DNA of 64,000 nucleotides from Octopus sinensis. Taxonomy: Eukaryota. Both the position numbers and the translations under genes were made by a program. Location of the stretch: assembly GCF_006345805.1 (NCBI RefSeq), contig NC_042999.1, positions 36,208,001 through 36,272,000 of the forward strand. The letters are read 5' to 3'. Shown here piece after piece: positions 1 through 12,983 of this stretch. The notes beneath the pieces were generated by a model. The model did no database searches. It was not told the origin of the DNA and worked only from the letters and a program-made list of their open reading frames with translations. Position 1 is the first letter of the stretch. The number at the start of each line of letters is the position of its first letter.

Positions 1-299
1 ACGAAATCTTTAACATGCAGCAGACAAGCTAAATGTTTTACAATACTTAATATCTTCATGTTCTGAAGTTAAATCCTGGCAAAGCTGAAATTGTTTTCGG
101 GATTCAAAGGGTGAATGAAATACATACCAGACGCGTACTATGGTTGAGTTAATCAATTATGCCCTTCTCATATAAGTGTCATAAGACACTGTGCCTATGT
201 AAAATAATCAAGATTAGGAAAAAGTTTGAAACGAGCAATAAGCACAGAATTCTAGATGTTGAGGGGACTATAAGACAGACTATAACCACAGACAGCTTG

Positions 300-513
300 A
301 AAAAGCACCATCCGATCGCTCGTCTGGCACCTGTGCCAGTGGCACGTAAAAAGCACCCACTACACTCATGGAGTGGTTGGCTTTAGGAAGGGCATCCAGC
401 CGTCGAAACATTGCCAGGTCAGACTGGGCCTGGTGCAGCCTTCTGGCTTCCCAGACCCCAGTTGAACCATCCAACCCATGCTAGCATGGAAAGCGGATGC
501 TAAATGATGATGA

Positions 514-515
<2 letters not shown>
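300..515 (+). mobile_element. Short interspersed repeat with (TGA)n tail (SINE or LINE 3'-end family)
   Basis: Ends ...ccaacccatgctagcatggaaagcggatgctaaa(tga)n. Reverse-complement copy at ~60230-60460; further decayed copies near 17.0, 24.5, 28.5, 30.2, 35.8, 36.8 and 58.5 kb. Confidence 0.8.
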
Positions 516-576
<61 letters not shown>

Positions 577-598
577 TGTATATGTGTACATATAAGTA

Positions 599-663
<65 letters not shown>

Positions 664-831
664 CACAATTTATTTGTGATCAGGGGTGTTCCTAAACCGA
701 GGTACTAGGTACTACTGCATAAAATGAATAGAAGGACAGGAGATAAAGCATGATATATTCGAGATGAGAAGTGTTCAAAAAGTGAGGTACTACTTTACAT
801 GTATATATATGTATATGTGTGTACATATATA

Positions 832-879
<48 letters not shown>

Positions 880-904
880 CATATGTAAATGTACATACTT
901 ACAT

Positions 905-1866
905 ATATACATATATATATATATGCATATGTGGGCACAGGATGTCATGAAACATGTACAACAAAAAATTACAAAGTACGAGTACATGGAATATGAACTA
1001 TTTTTTCGAACGAAGGGCACAAATGGAAAACAGGACAACATAAAGAATGACCCTTCATCAGTTATTAGTTGTTTTTCTACTCTCGTCTTTCGAGCATTTA
1101 ACAACAATATATGCTTTCAATGAAACGGTTTCTCCCGCAAAGCAAATTAAATAAAATTTGGGATTTTGCGGAGGGTCAAAATTGGTAATACAAACAGGAC
1201 AGTGAAAACAAACAGGAAGGGCTGCTAAACCTAAACAAGGTTGCGGTGGCGAATGTGTAAATCAAGCTTGGACAGGACACAGACAAGAACACGTCTTTCT
1301 TGTCCCAGGTACAACGGAAAGAAAGAAACACAAGTTAGGAGAAGAAAGAAAGACGACCAATGGTCACGTGGGAGCCATGTGAGCAAGGGAGAAGGAGTGA
1401 GGGAGAGAGAGTGACAGAGTAATGGAATAGAATAGTGGGAGAAGAGGAGGTAAAAGAATAAGAGAGAGAAAGAGAGAAAAACGAAAGTGTAAAAAGATCA
1501 TATAGAGTGCAAATCAGAATTAAGATAAAACTTACTTGGAAGAGGATGTGTGGTGTTCAATCATATATATATATATATATATATATATGCATATATACAT
1601 ATATATATGTACTTACTTACATCTATACATGTATATATATATGCATATATACATACATATATGTACTTACTTACATCTATACATGTATATATATATATAT
1701 ATATATGCATATGTGGGCACAGGACATCATGAAACATGTACAACAAAAAATACGAAGGACAAGTACATGGAATACAAACTATTTTTTTAACAACGAAATG
1801 CACAAATGGAAAACAAGACAAACAACATAATGAACGACCGTTCATCAGTTGTTGGCTGTTTTTCTA
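905..1866 (+). repeat. Two nearby diverged copies of a ~170 bp repeat (~920-1080 and ~1703-1866), each preceded by TA/CA microsatellite
   Basis: Both read gcatatgtgggcacagga..tcatgaaacatgtacaacaaaaaa...ttcatcagtt.tt.g.tgtttttcta. Confidence 0.75.
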
Positions 1867-2095
1867 AGATATAGTTATATATATATATGCATACATATGT
1901 GTGTGTGTATATACAGTGGTGGTAGTCTATTCCTTATGCAGAGTTTGAGCACCTCCCGTACCTACGTCTTAGAACCATCATGCCATTTGATGTGGCTTTT
2001 TAAAACAAACGATGTTCTGAAAAGACACTCACATAGAATGCATAAACGATTTGGAAAAAACAAGAGCTGCAGATAAGTTCTCATCTTTGTGGACC

Positions 2096-2804
2096 TTAAA
2101 ATGGTGAATAGAGAGAAGCTGACACAACATAATCCTTTAGTAGATTCATATAACCTACACTATTTAGCTTTCCATCAACTTTAACTAGAGGGCCAACACC
2201 AAAGCTACTAAATACCGCCCACATCACACCCCCACCCCCCGCTTGCGCTATCTTTTTCACACATTTCGGATGGAATTCCTCGGTTGGGCGACATCTGACG
2301 TATGTTTTACCATCTGATCCAAATATACAGAAGTGTGAGTCGTCACTCCAAAGGACTCTGCACCAATCTTCAGCCGTCCGCTGAGCATGGCTTTTTTGCA
2401 AAATTAAGGCATTTGAGTCGATTTCTTTCGGATATTATTGGCTCTTTCCTAGTGATTTGTCCATGTAGTCCAAATTCTCTCAAATGGTTGCAGATGGTTT
2501 GTGGTGTAAAAATAACACCATTCTCGTTGAACAATTGTTTACAAATGTCAACGGCTGTCAACATTTGGTTGCCTTCTGAAAGTCAGTGGATTCGACGGTC
2601 CAACTGCGCTGTCATTTTACTTGGAGCGCAAGTCCTTTGCCAATCTTTATATTGACTGGTCTCCGAGTATAACTTCTACGCTTGCACGCAAGTCATTTTA
2701 CTGCACTTTAGTTGCTTGCTGATGTTTGAAAAGGAAACTTTTTGCTGGTGGAGTAATACGACTGTTGCTCTTGTGACTGGACTGAGGCTACATTGTTTTC
2801 CCAT
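2096..2804 (-). mobile_element. Tc1-family transposase remnant, 3'-truncated, with stops and a frameshift
   Basis: ATG at 2804 gives MGKQCSLSPVTRATVVLLHQQKVSFSNISKQLKCSK (HTH), then QTICNHLREFGLHGQITRKEPIISERNRLKCLNFAK, and after a frameshift WCRVLWSDDSHFCIFGSDGKTYVR...GGGVMWAVFS...GPLVKVDGKLNSVGY. Ends before the second catalytic Asp. Confidence 0.9.
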
Positions 2805-3249
2805 TATTAATCAATTGTATAATAACGTTAAATTATAACACTATATAGTGCAGTTGGGCTAGTTGTGTGACCACCCATTTTGGCAAAAAAATTGCATACA
2901 TATTACATGGTCTTAAACTAATTTTGCTGGTAAATTTGAAACGTTTATATTAATTTAGCATTAGAATTCTTCAAGTTGTATAAAAATAGTTGTCTGCATC
3001 ATTCGAAAGAGAAATAAATTCTGCATAAGGTGTAAACGATAAAAATAATTTGTATGGTGTTAGTAATAAAATATTTTGTAAGAAATAGAACTTTATCATC
3101 AGTCTTAAATTTATTTTCGCCAGTGTAGCTTTGAGACAAAGCAACATAAAGCCTTTCCAGTAAAAATTCAAGTAAAAATACTGTGAAAATTTTGAGACTT
3201 CTTGGTTTTTTCAATGTTTGAAAAGAAGTGTGTCTTAATTTTTAATGAT

Positions 3250-4110
3250 ATGGCATCAGCAAATAATGATTCCAACTCTGAAGTTTTTAGTCTTGATGAT
3301 GTACAAAATAGAAATGGAAACAACAGAGATTTATTTTCAGCCAATTTGAATTGACATTTATGAAGCTTCGTTGCACGAGGAATATTTTGATAATGAAAGC
3401 AATGAAAATGATATTGAAAACATTATGGTAACATGGTTAAAGATTTCTCCATCAACCACAATTCCTGATTTCATAGAAAAGACTAGAGCACAATACAGTC
3501 TACCGCCCTATGCTCAACAATTGGACTATTTATTTTTATTTTTATCAAAAAGTCTTTTTTGAAACTGTCACGGAGGAAACAAGTATGCTCAATGCATGAT
3601 TTCTATTCATGGAATGCCCAATCCATTATGGCAGACAACTGATACTGCGGAAAAGTGAGCTTTTTTCTACTATAAACATCATGTTTGGTATCAACTGTGG
3701 AACTATTGGAATCCTGATATAAAGTATGGTAATCCATATATTTCCAGCATTATGTCTAACTATAGTTAATTCATATACTGTTTATGTAAAAAGCCACAAG
3801 GTACCTCTGCCACCAAAGGACTACGATCATTTGAAATTCCAGGTTGACATCGCATCTTGGTTACACGAGGGCTTTTCTTCCAGAAAGCACATGACTGGGA
3901 GAAAAGCAAAATTAACTGAGGTGCATGTCGGCAGAGAAAATATTGACTTCCATAAAGTGCAAAAGATAAATTGAAGGGAAAAGTTTGCAGACTGTGTTCA
4001 CTGGAAAAAATAAAAACTGCGAAAGGATATCAGGTCAAGACCTCATATGTGTTCGTTTTGCAAAGTGCCCTTGTGTAAAGGATGCTTTGGACAGTTTCAC
4101 GATAGAAATA
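3250..4110 (+). mobile_element. Internally deleted piggyBac transposase remnant
   Basis: Acidic N-terminus; LF(ETVTEET) and WQTTDT segments; LWNYWNPD joined directly to C-terminal LTIVNSYTVY...HLKFQVDIASWL; Cys-rich tail VCRLCSLEK...(frameshift)MCSFCKVPLCKGCFGQFH. The DDD core is missing. Confidence 0.75.
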
Positions 4111-4859
4111 TGGTATAACTATATTTTGTTGCTTGATAGTAATACTATCATATATTCCTTTACTTTTATTGCAAATAATATGTGAAAATGAGAAATACAT
4201 ATTAATTTTCAGTATGTTACATAATTGCATTCACCTTTGCCTCACCTGTTATTGAGCTTTATTTTTATTAGATTCATTCTGTTATGTAAATGTATTCATT
4301 AAAATGTATAAGAGTACATAGCCAATGGTATATTGACTAATAAAAGAGTTTTGTACTTTATTTTCAATGAAAATGTTTGAATTAAATATATAGAAGGAAT
4401 AAGATCTTGTACCGATTATAACTGTATTTTAATTAATTCAAATCAATGTATCTCATCTTGAAAAGTGGCAAAATTGTTGGCAGTTGACATCTGGAATTAT
4501 TTTAGTAACAAATCAAACAGGTAAGATGCATTAAGAATTTCAATTTTAGTGTTTATCCATAATGTTATTGCTTTTATACCTGTTAATTAAATTTACCTGC
4601 CCATAAAAGTCAAATTTAATCAGCAAGATCAGCTAAAATTACGTAACTATAATCACTGGTATATAAGCACCCACTGACAAAATTTCAAATCTGTATGTAA
4701 AAAATTAACAAAGTTACAAGCAAATATTGGGACACCCCTCTTGAACCAAAATAATCTGAACAAATAAGCATTACATTTGACAGATTAATCTGAACACTAA
4801 AGGGCTAAGGTAGTCCCAGTAACCAAGATCAGTCATGCCCTTAATTCTTATTAGTGAAA

Positions 4860-5202
4860 GAGGTATGATGATACCTTGTTCTCTGGACCAAAAGGTGCTT
4901 AAGATCCAGGAGCTCATCTCATGAGGTATATCAACCTTATCGTTAATGTGGGCACACCGGCTGAGATTGCTGTCAACAATAACTCCCAGGTCTCTGAAAT
5001 GATTAGATGCTGTGAATGCTTCTCCTGAAGGAAGAGATTATGTTTGTTTTAGCATAGTCTTTTTCCCAAAATGGATCAATTCAAATTTTCCCTCATTCAG
5101 TTGCATTATGTTTTTGTCTGCCCATTGACTTACAGCATGTAGATCAGACTGGAGTTCAGTTGGGTTTTCTTCTTCATCGATAGTTTTCTGGAGCTTGCAG
5201 TC
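4860..5202 (-). mobile_element. CR1/L2-like LINE reverse-transcriptase C-terminal fragment
   Basis: DCKLQKTI...LQSDLHAVSQWADKNIMQLNEGKFELIHFG, in-frame stop, then RDLGVIVDSNLS..HIN: post-YADD motifs typical of the CR1 group. Confidence 0.75.
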
Positions 5203-5409
5203 AAATACACACACATATATAAATCCCAAAAACGGAACAACAATGTAACGGATGACAGTGAAAACATAGACAGATAGACAATACAAATACGGACAGGGAA
5301 ATCAGGACAGAGCATTCGTGGCTTATTTAAATATATATATATATTTATACACACACACACACATATCTATATACATACACACACACACACATATCTATAT
5401 ATATATACA

Positions 5410-5475
<66 letters not shown>

Positions 5476-5481
5476 CATAGA

Positions 5482-5639
5482 GGCACAGGAGTAGCTGTGT
5501 GGTAAATAGCTTGCTTACTAACCACATGGTTCTGGGTTCAGTCCCACTGTGTGGTACCCTGGGCAAGTGTCTTCTGCTATAGCCTCGGGCCAACCAAAGC
5601 CTTGTGAGTGGATTTGGTGGACAGAAGTTGAAAGAAGCC

Positions 5640-5643
<4 letters not shown>
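5482..5643 (+). mobile_element. tRNA-derived SINE
   Basis: A-box-like gctgtgtggtaa and B-box-like ggttcagtccc. Reverse copies at ~24640-24790 and ~58790-58940. Confidence 0.75.
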
Positions 5644-5678
<35 letters not shown>

Positions 5679-5682
<4 letters not shown>

Positions 5683-6315
5683 GTCATCCCATAAGTTCTG
5701 TCCCAATTTTGAATAAAGAAAACAAGTGATCACATGTTATATTTAATTGAAATTTAATCATCAATGTACTTTCCCTGATTATCTATGACTTCCTTCCATC
5801 TACTTACAAGCTTTTTAATCCCATCAATGTAAAACTCTTTTGGTTTCAAAGTGAAGAACTCTGAAATGTCAGTTTTGACCTCCTCCTGGCTTGCAAAAGT
5901 TATGTCACCCAAATGATTCTGTAAACTACAAAACAAATGGTAGTCTCAAGGAGCAAGATCGGGAGAATAAGGTGGATGAGGAGTTTTTTCCCAACCAAGC
6001 TCTTCAATCTTCTGTGATGTGATCTTTGCAGTGTAGGGTCGCGCATTGTCCTGATGAAACATCACAGCTTTTCAATTCACTAAAGCGGGTCTTTTTTCTT
6101 CAAAGCTTGGTTCAAATGCTCTAATTGCTGACAATAGACTCGAGCACCAATTGTTGCATTAGGTGGTAATAATTCAAAGTGAATTACTCCTTTGCAATCC
6201 CACCAGATAGAGAGAAGAACCTTTTCTCCATGAAGTTCCCATCTCAGTGGTGGTTCAGCTTTTTCTCTTTTACCAAACAACTGTTTACGATGTTTAACAT
6301 TTCGATAGAAGATCC
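5679..6315 (-). mobile_element. mariner (DD34D) transposon 3' half with one terminal repeat
   Basis: GEKVLLSIWWDCKGVIHFELLPP...YCQQLEHL, HQDNARPYTAK...HPPYSPDLAP*DYHLFCSLQN...RWKEVIDNQGKYIDD. End tcaggtcatcccataagttctgtcc abuts a TA run. Confidence 0.92.
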
Positions 6316-6429
6316 TGTACTTGATGTATTTTATATAGATATATATATAGACACACACATAAATACATATATTTTGTTTCGAATTTGTGTGAATGTGTAT
6401 AGAATAATATATCAGTTGTATGAAATTAA

Positions 6430-6719
6430 AACATGGTCTGGCTTTCACGTTTTTATTATGAATGGGTTATTTTCCATGGCTATATATAAGAATCTCTTCC
6501 AGGGGCGAATGGGTTATTCCCTTGGTTTTTGAAATAAAATAGATGTGTATTAGGATCCCTTCCAGGGTCCCTATTATTGCTTTTTTTCAACAATCTGAGT
6601 ACGCCATGAGGTTTCCAGACATGCGTCAAGTTTCATCAAAATTGATAAAACGATGTAGGAGGGGTTAGCTAACAACTCCACAAACACACCCAGACAGAAT
6701 TTCCCACATATGTAGTAGA
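6430..6719 (-). mobile_element. Helitron-like non-autonomous 5' end
   Basis: Minus strand starts A|TCTACTA..., like the TC starts at 22732 and 54153. No 3' CTAG end found. Confidence 0.4.
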
Positions 6720-6855
6720 TACACCATATATATATAAATATATACACACCCTATATATATATATACACATACACACCATATATTTATATATATATACATA
6801 CACGCCATATATTTATATACATATATATATACATACATACATACACACACACACA

Positions 6856-6888
<33 letters not shown>

Positions 6889-7289
6889 TTTATTAGAGGA
6901 TATATTAACCTCTTAAAGGGATGATAACATACAAGAATGTACTGGTTCAATACCTTATATCTTTGGGAAATATATTTCACAAAATCAATAGGTATATATC
7001 AAGCATATAATGTCTAATATTTCCCTGATGATATTTTGCTCATAACTTGTATATGCAGATTTATTGTATAAATTTTAATTTACTGAATAAGTACAAATTG
7101 AAACAATTATAGGAATGAATGATTATCAATTTATTAATAAATTATTATAAACCATTATCTCTCCATTTAATTCTCTTAATTGAATATGGTTTATATATAT
7201 TATTTATATTATAAAAAAAAATTAGAAACTTCAAGAGATATGAAATAATTCATTTTGACTGTGGAACTGAAAGTAGATAAACCTATAAA

Positions 7290-7505
7290 TATTGGTTTCA
7301 AATTTTGGTACAAGGCCAGCAATTTCAAGGGAGAGGCTATGTTGATTAAATCAACCCCAATGCTCAACTAGTATTTATTTTATCAACCCTGAAAGAATGA
7401 AAGACAAATTTGACCCAGGTGGCATTTGAACCCATAAGGTAAAGACAGACAAAATGCTATTAAGCATTTTACCCAGAGTGTTAACAATTCTGCCTGCTTG
7501 CCACC
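7290..7505 (-). mobile_element. SINE of the ...gcctttcatcctttcggggtcgat... family, CpG-eroded copy
   Basis: Aligns by eye to the 41.8-42.7 kb copies, with atcgac changed to atcaac and ccccgaaa to ccctgaaa. Confidence 0.7.
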
Positions 7506-9898
7506 ATAGGTAAAAACCATGGACAGAAAAATGATAGCACATTTGTCATGTTCATGGAAGATTTAGCTTCATATCCAACAAGCATCCTTTGACTTTTTTC
7601 TAACAAAGAAGTTTCTTAACCCAATATTCTACATTCTCATATTCAAAATTTTATATATGTAAGACAACATTAGGGTGCAAGCAGACAGTTTCAAAAATCT
7701 GTACACATTTCTTGCTCTGAACAGTAACAAGAAAATCAGATGAGCCAAACCAAGAAACCTCTACTTTGTCATGAAACCTACTAAAAACATCAGCCAAATA
7801 TTCCTCAAATCACAACATACTGTCTTACAAAAATGCTCTTTCATAAAGTAGCCCTTAGTGCACTGTGTCTGAGAAAAAGATGAGATGGTCACAGATGGAA
7901 TGCTTTTGCTGAATAACAATAGGTACTTCAGACAATATCAAGAAGAGTAATAGAGATACTGTTAGCCTATATCAGAGACAGAGAAGTCAATGTAAAAGAC
8001 AGGGTAGCATAATGCATGCTGAATTGTTTTGATACCACCCTGCCTACAACTGGTTCTATAATACAAACTTTCTATTTCAAAATAATCTAAATTAAAACCT
8101 TCCATTGAAAATTTCATGTTCCAAAAACCAGATTAATAGCAACAATATTATTTTACTAAATTTGCCATTATGTTTTTCAACTGAAACAATGGCAGTGTAT
8201 TTTAACAGAAAAATGGTTAAAAACGAGGGGTGGGTGGGGTGAAGAAGAGTCTAATGATACAAAAAGAATACCTATTGCATAAATATGTATGGAAATTAGT
8301 TTACATCAAAAGCTTATTTCAGATCCTGGTAAGGTCAGCTTTGCTTCTAATCCTTTCAAGGTACATTAAAAAAAAAAAAAAAAAAAGGTACCAATCAGAG
8401 GTGGTGGATTGGTGAAACTGTAAGAAAGTCAGAATGGATGCTTTCCCATATTCGCTCCAGTCCCTTGTGCTCTGAGTACAAATCCTGCTATGGCCTACTA
8501 AGGTGATAGACTCGGCCTGTCATCCAGTTTAACATTACAACCTGGCAAAATTGGTGCTTTTAGCAGAGTCCACTTTGTTGCAAGCATATGAGCTTCTGGT
8601 TTGAGGATACTTTCCTCTTACCAATTTCAACAGCCATGTAAAGAAACATGGGCTTTGCCTTCCCTCCTGACTAAAAGATAGATAAAAAAAAAAAAAAAAC
8701 GTGTGCATCTCTGAAAATCAATGTAATCCTTCTGTGTTTGTTGTATGAAAGGATCATGTGATATTGATGCAGATGATAATGATTTTAAAGAGCTCAATTT
8801 AGTGTGTAAGATAAAAGCCATTCAGAACTTATGTAAACAACGAAAGAAGACTAAATAGCATTGTCAATCGCAATAGGAAGAACGCTAACAGCAGTGTCAG
8901 TGTAATATTTTTAACCATAAACATTGTCAGTTGATAAACAATCTCTTTTCAAGTTCAAACAGAATAAGAATACAAATGATAAACTGCTTTTTTTTTTGTT
9001 TTCTTTTCATCTTTTTAGAATGCAGTGAATTTTTCATAGCATTTAAAGTTATTTAATTACATCTCTAGTAAAAAAAAAAAAAAGAAAAAAAGAAAACATG
9101 AGATCTACTGATAAATAACTATCGTTATATTTATCATGTATTCGTATTCACAAAAGATGTTTTTGTGTGTTTATAAGAGAGAGAGAGAGAGAGAAAGAAA
9201 TAAACAAATTATAACAGGTCGAAAGAGATAAAAAATGATATGCTATTCAAAAGAAATGTTTTACTATTTGTACAGATGCAAAAAATGAAGTTTATTTTGA
9301 CATCTTTTGAAAGATATAAGCAAAAAAAAAAAAAAATTAAAAGTAATCCTTTAATAATATCTACTCTCAACTGGTCAGTGAATGATAGATACATAATAAT
9401 GAGAAAAAAAATGTAAAATGTCAAAATAGTTAGAGGTTAAGAAAGTAACACAAACAAAACAATTACTTTCATTTATTAAATAATTATTGTTTGTGGCAAA
9501 TAAAGAGATCATTATCTCATCTTTCCTGGTAGTAATTTTTTTTTAATGAACAAATATGATATTAATCATAACACTGACAACTATCAATATATCTAATACA
9601 GTGAACATCAAAAAGCTAACTTAAAATAATTATGTAGTGAAAAAACAAAACAAAAGAAAAACTATATAAGAAACTAATATAAGTTTCATCTTAGCAAATA
9701 TGGGAGACAAATTTCAGCTTGTTCCAATCTTATTATAACCTCATCTCTAAAATATAGAGTTCACCATGCTCACAGGAAATAGTGATGAAACGATCACTAA
9801 GTAAATGTACAAGGTTATAAACATTGGTTGGTGTAAAAGAAAAAAAATAAGTAGAATTGTTTAGAGAATAGATTATCCTGAGACACCATCATCATTAA

Positions 9899-10093
9899 CT
9901 CTTTAACATTTAAACTGATCATATCCAGCCAAAATTTTCCATTTGGTTTATGTTCAAATTTACCAGATCCAGGCTCTCACACCTACCCTACAATGTTATT
10001 CTACATTTAACAATCGAAGTCTCAAGGATATGAGATAATGCATGATTAATTCAAAACTATGTGAATCAATAAACATAATCCGAATGCTAAAGG
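9899..10093. mobile_element. TTAA-flanked MITE (piggyBac-type), family A
   Basis: TTAA|ctcttt...aaggg|TTAA; internal homology to 20911-21124, 38407-38621 and 61303-61523. Confidence 0.75.
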
Positions 10094-10456
10094 GTTAATA
10101 TACATAAACTTTTCTTTCCCTCCTTTTTGCTCTGTCACTCATCACTTTTCTCCTTACATTTTTTCTTAGTCTTGTTTATATTTCTTGGTGACGCCTTCCT
10201 ATTGTTTGAGGAACCAGAATTTAACCAACTCCATAAGCTGAGAGACTTCAAGACATTAATTAACAACATTTAACCTTTCACCAAATAGCCCATACACACA
10301 TACACCTGACATTGGCTGAGCTAAGGTGTATAAACATAAGCAATGTGTAATTTCTCAAACAGCTGTCTTGGCAGGAATAAGTAGAGTTTTCACTTAGGAA
10401 ACTCTGGTCACTTTAGCTTTAATTTTCAAACCACCACCACCATCATGGTTGCCATC

Positions 10457-10488
<32 letters not shown>

Positions 10489-11487
10489 AAATAACAACAA
10501 CTACAACAGTAGCAGCAGCACATTAACAAATCAAGTCTTCCTCAAATGACCCCACTTCTGTCATGAAAAATAAAATCAAACACGTAGTCCAAAATGTATA
10601 ATGTAGAGGAGAATGACAAGATGGTCATGGTTGGAATACCTCGGATCACAGATCTGCTCAATCAGAGTTTATCATAATTTACATAAACATTTGATTTTTT
10701 TTTTTTTTTTCCGACAATAGTATGAACAATCCGGTTGGCAAATGCTGCATCATTTACTGCAGTTTAATCAGTCATTTGTAACATCCAACACTCTCGCATA
10801 TTTCTTGCACTATTCCAGATGTGACCACCATCTATGCTAATTCATAGCACTGTTCAAGCTGCAGTCACACCACCACTAAAACCAATGAAACAATCTCTCC
10901 TGCACATATTGGCCAATATGCCATTGATTCTGAGCACTAAGGGATTGCTTGGAGCCCAATAAGGTAAAAAAGTGCAGATAACGGTAAAAAGAGTTATTAT
11001 ACTCATACTGAAATATCAAACCTAAGCCGCTAGTAAAAGTGTTGAGCATGTGAACAGAATCTTATTCTGAAGGTCAAATAGTGTCACATATCAGCAATTC
11101 TTTCCCTTCCATTTTTTCATTACCATTCTTCCTTACACACACACACATGCACCAATAGCAACAGTAAAACTAAAATGACATAAACCACCATCTCTCTTCT
11201 AAATACAGGTGAGCTGTACCAATGTGCTGGAACTACTACATGATCAATCAAGCTTCCAATGTAGCATCCAAAATCTCTAGATGACGACATTTGCCTAAGC
11301 ACAAAAAAAAAAAAACACACACACTCTCTCTCTCTCTCCATGTGTGTTCTTTATTGTTGAGCAATAGTAATATCATCTTCATCTCTCTCTCTCTGCTTTC
11401 CCGACTATCTTCTCTTATATGGACTCTCCCCTTCAGAACTTGCTATATATTTGAAACCATCTGTTACATCTGACCCTATGGTTAATA

Positions 11488-11516
11488 TATATGTGTGTGT
11501 GTGTGTGATGTATGAG

Positions 11517-11552
<36 letters not shown>

Positions 11553-11630
11553 ATTATATAATATATATATATATATGTGTGTGTATATATATGTGTATAT
11601 ATATTGTGTGTGTGTGTGTGATGTATGAGT

Positions 11631-11679
<49 letters not shown>

Positions 11680-11699
11680 TATATATATGTGTATATATA

Positions 11700-11730
<31 letters not shown>

Positions 11731-11779
11731 TATATATATAATGTGTGTATATATATATGTGTATATATATGTGTGTGTG

Positions 11780-11815
<36 letters not shown>

Positions 11816-11858
11816 TAATATATATATATGTGTGTGTGTATATATATGTGTATATATA

Positions 11859-11909
<51 letters not shown>

Positions 11910-11933
11910 ATATATATGTGTATATATATGTGT

Positions 11934-12022
<89 letters not shown>

Positions 12023-12060
12023 GAATGTATATACACATACACATGTATATATATGTATAT
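11488..12060. repeat. Compound (TA)n/(TG)n microsatellite array with higher-order repetition
   Basis: Directly visible; motif gtgtgtgatgtatgagtatata recurs near 11500 and 11612. Confidence 0.95.
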
Positions 12061-12948
12061 TTGTTTGTTACTGTGGAGTGTTTCAATAAACAAACCTAAC
12101 AAGCAGAACTGGAGCCTCAATACAGACTAGTACCACAGTTCAATATACTCATATACAGTGAAATACAGCAACTTAACAAAAATATTCACAGTTAATGCCT
12201 TAGTGGGTTTTTCTGTTTTTGTTTTTACCTTTTATATATATATTTTCATGTCTGATTTTACTGAGGAGTTAATCCAGACAGAAGTGGGTGGTGGTAGTGG
12301 TTGAAAGGGTGGGAGGAAATGGAAAAAAAAAAAAGAGAAAGACAGAAAATAGTAACAAAATTAAAAATGAAACAAAACTGAAAATAAAAGGAAAGTGTTT
12401 GCTTCCCAAAATCTCTGAGTGGAGGAATTAATAGGTGTAGGAAGGTTGAATGCAGTTCTGCTGTATCTTCAGACCAGACACAATGATAAAGAAGTGTGAT
12501 AATGTAACAGGAGTCAATAACTCTTGACTATGTAGAGTACTACATTTTAAATGATAAAACATGAAATAACATTTGATATTCACCATAACTTGAGGGTGGT
12601 AGGATGGGTGAAAGGGTGGAAGATATAGGGAAGACTTTGGCAGAGAACGAGAGAGAGAAATATTGGATATGGTGGAAGAGAGTGAGAGAGAGAGATCAAT
12701 GAATTAGGTAAAAGAAATAGAGACAGACAGAGGAAATCAGAGAATGAAGGAAGGAGATGAAATGAATGGAGAAAGAGGAAATAAATTGGGAAAGAGTGTG
12801 TGTGTGTGTGTGTGTGTGCGTGCATTAAAAAAAAGTGACTATGAGAGTGGGGGGGAAAGGATTACAGAAAATAGAGGGGTAGGAGAAAATTAAAGAGGAG
12901 AGAAAAGTGAAAGACTAAGATATTGAACAGAGAACCCATTACAAGAGG

Positions 12949-12983
<35 letters not shown>

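Noticed and set aside
1000-1075. CTGATGA...GAAA on the minus strand of the duplicated repeat
   Set aside because: Spacing is long, stem III/NUH is not formed and stem I is not adjacent; a hammerhead cannot be supported.
7020-7065. tccCTGATGAtatt in a Penelope-like flank repeat
   Set aside because: No GAAA half; at best a degenerate relic.
8752-8858. Plus-strand peptide GSCDIDADDNDFKELNLVCKIKAIQNLCKQRKKTK*
   Set aside because: Protein-like, but the acceptor is weak and no linked exons or homology are recognised.
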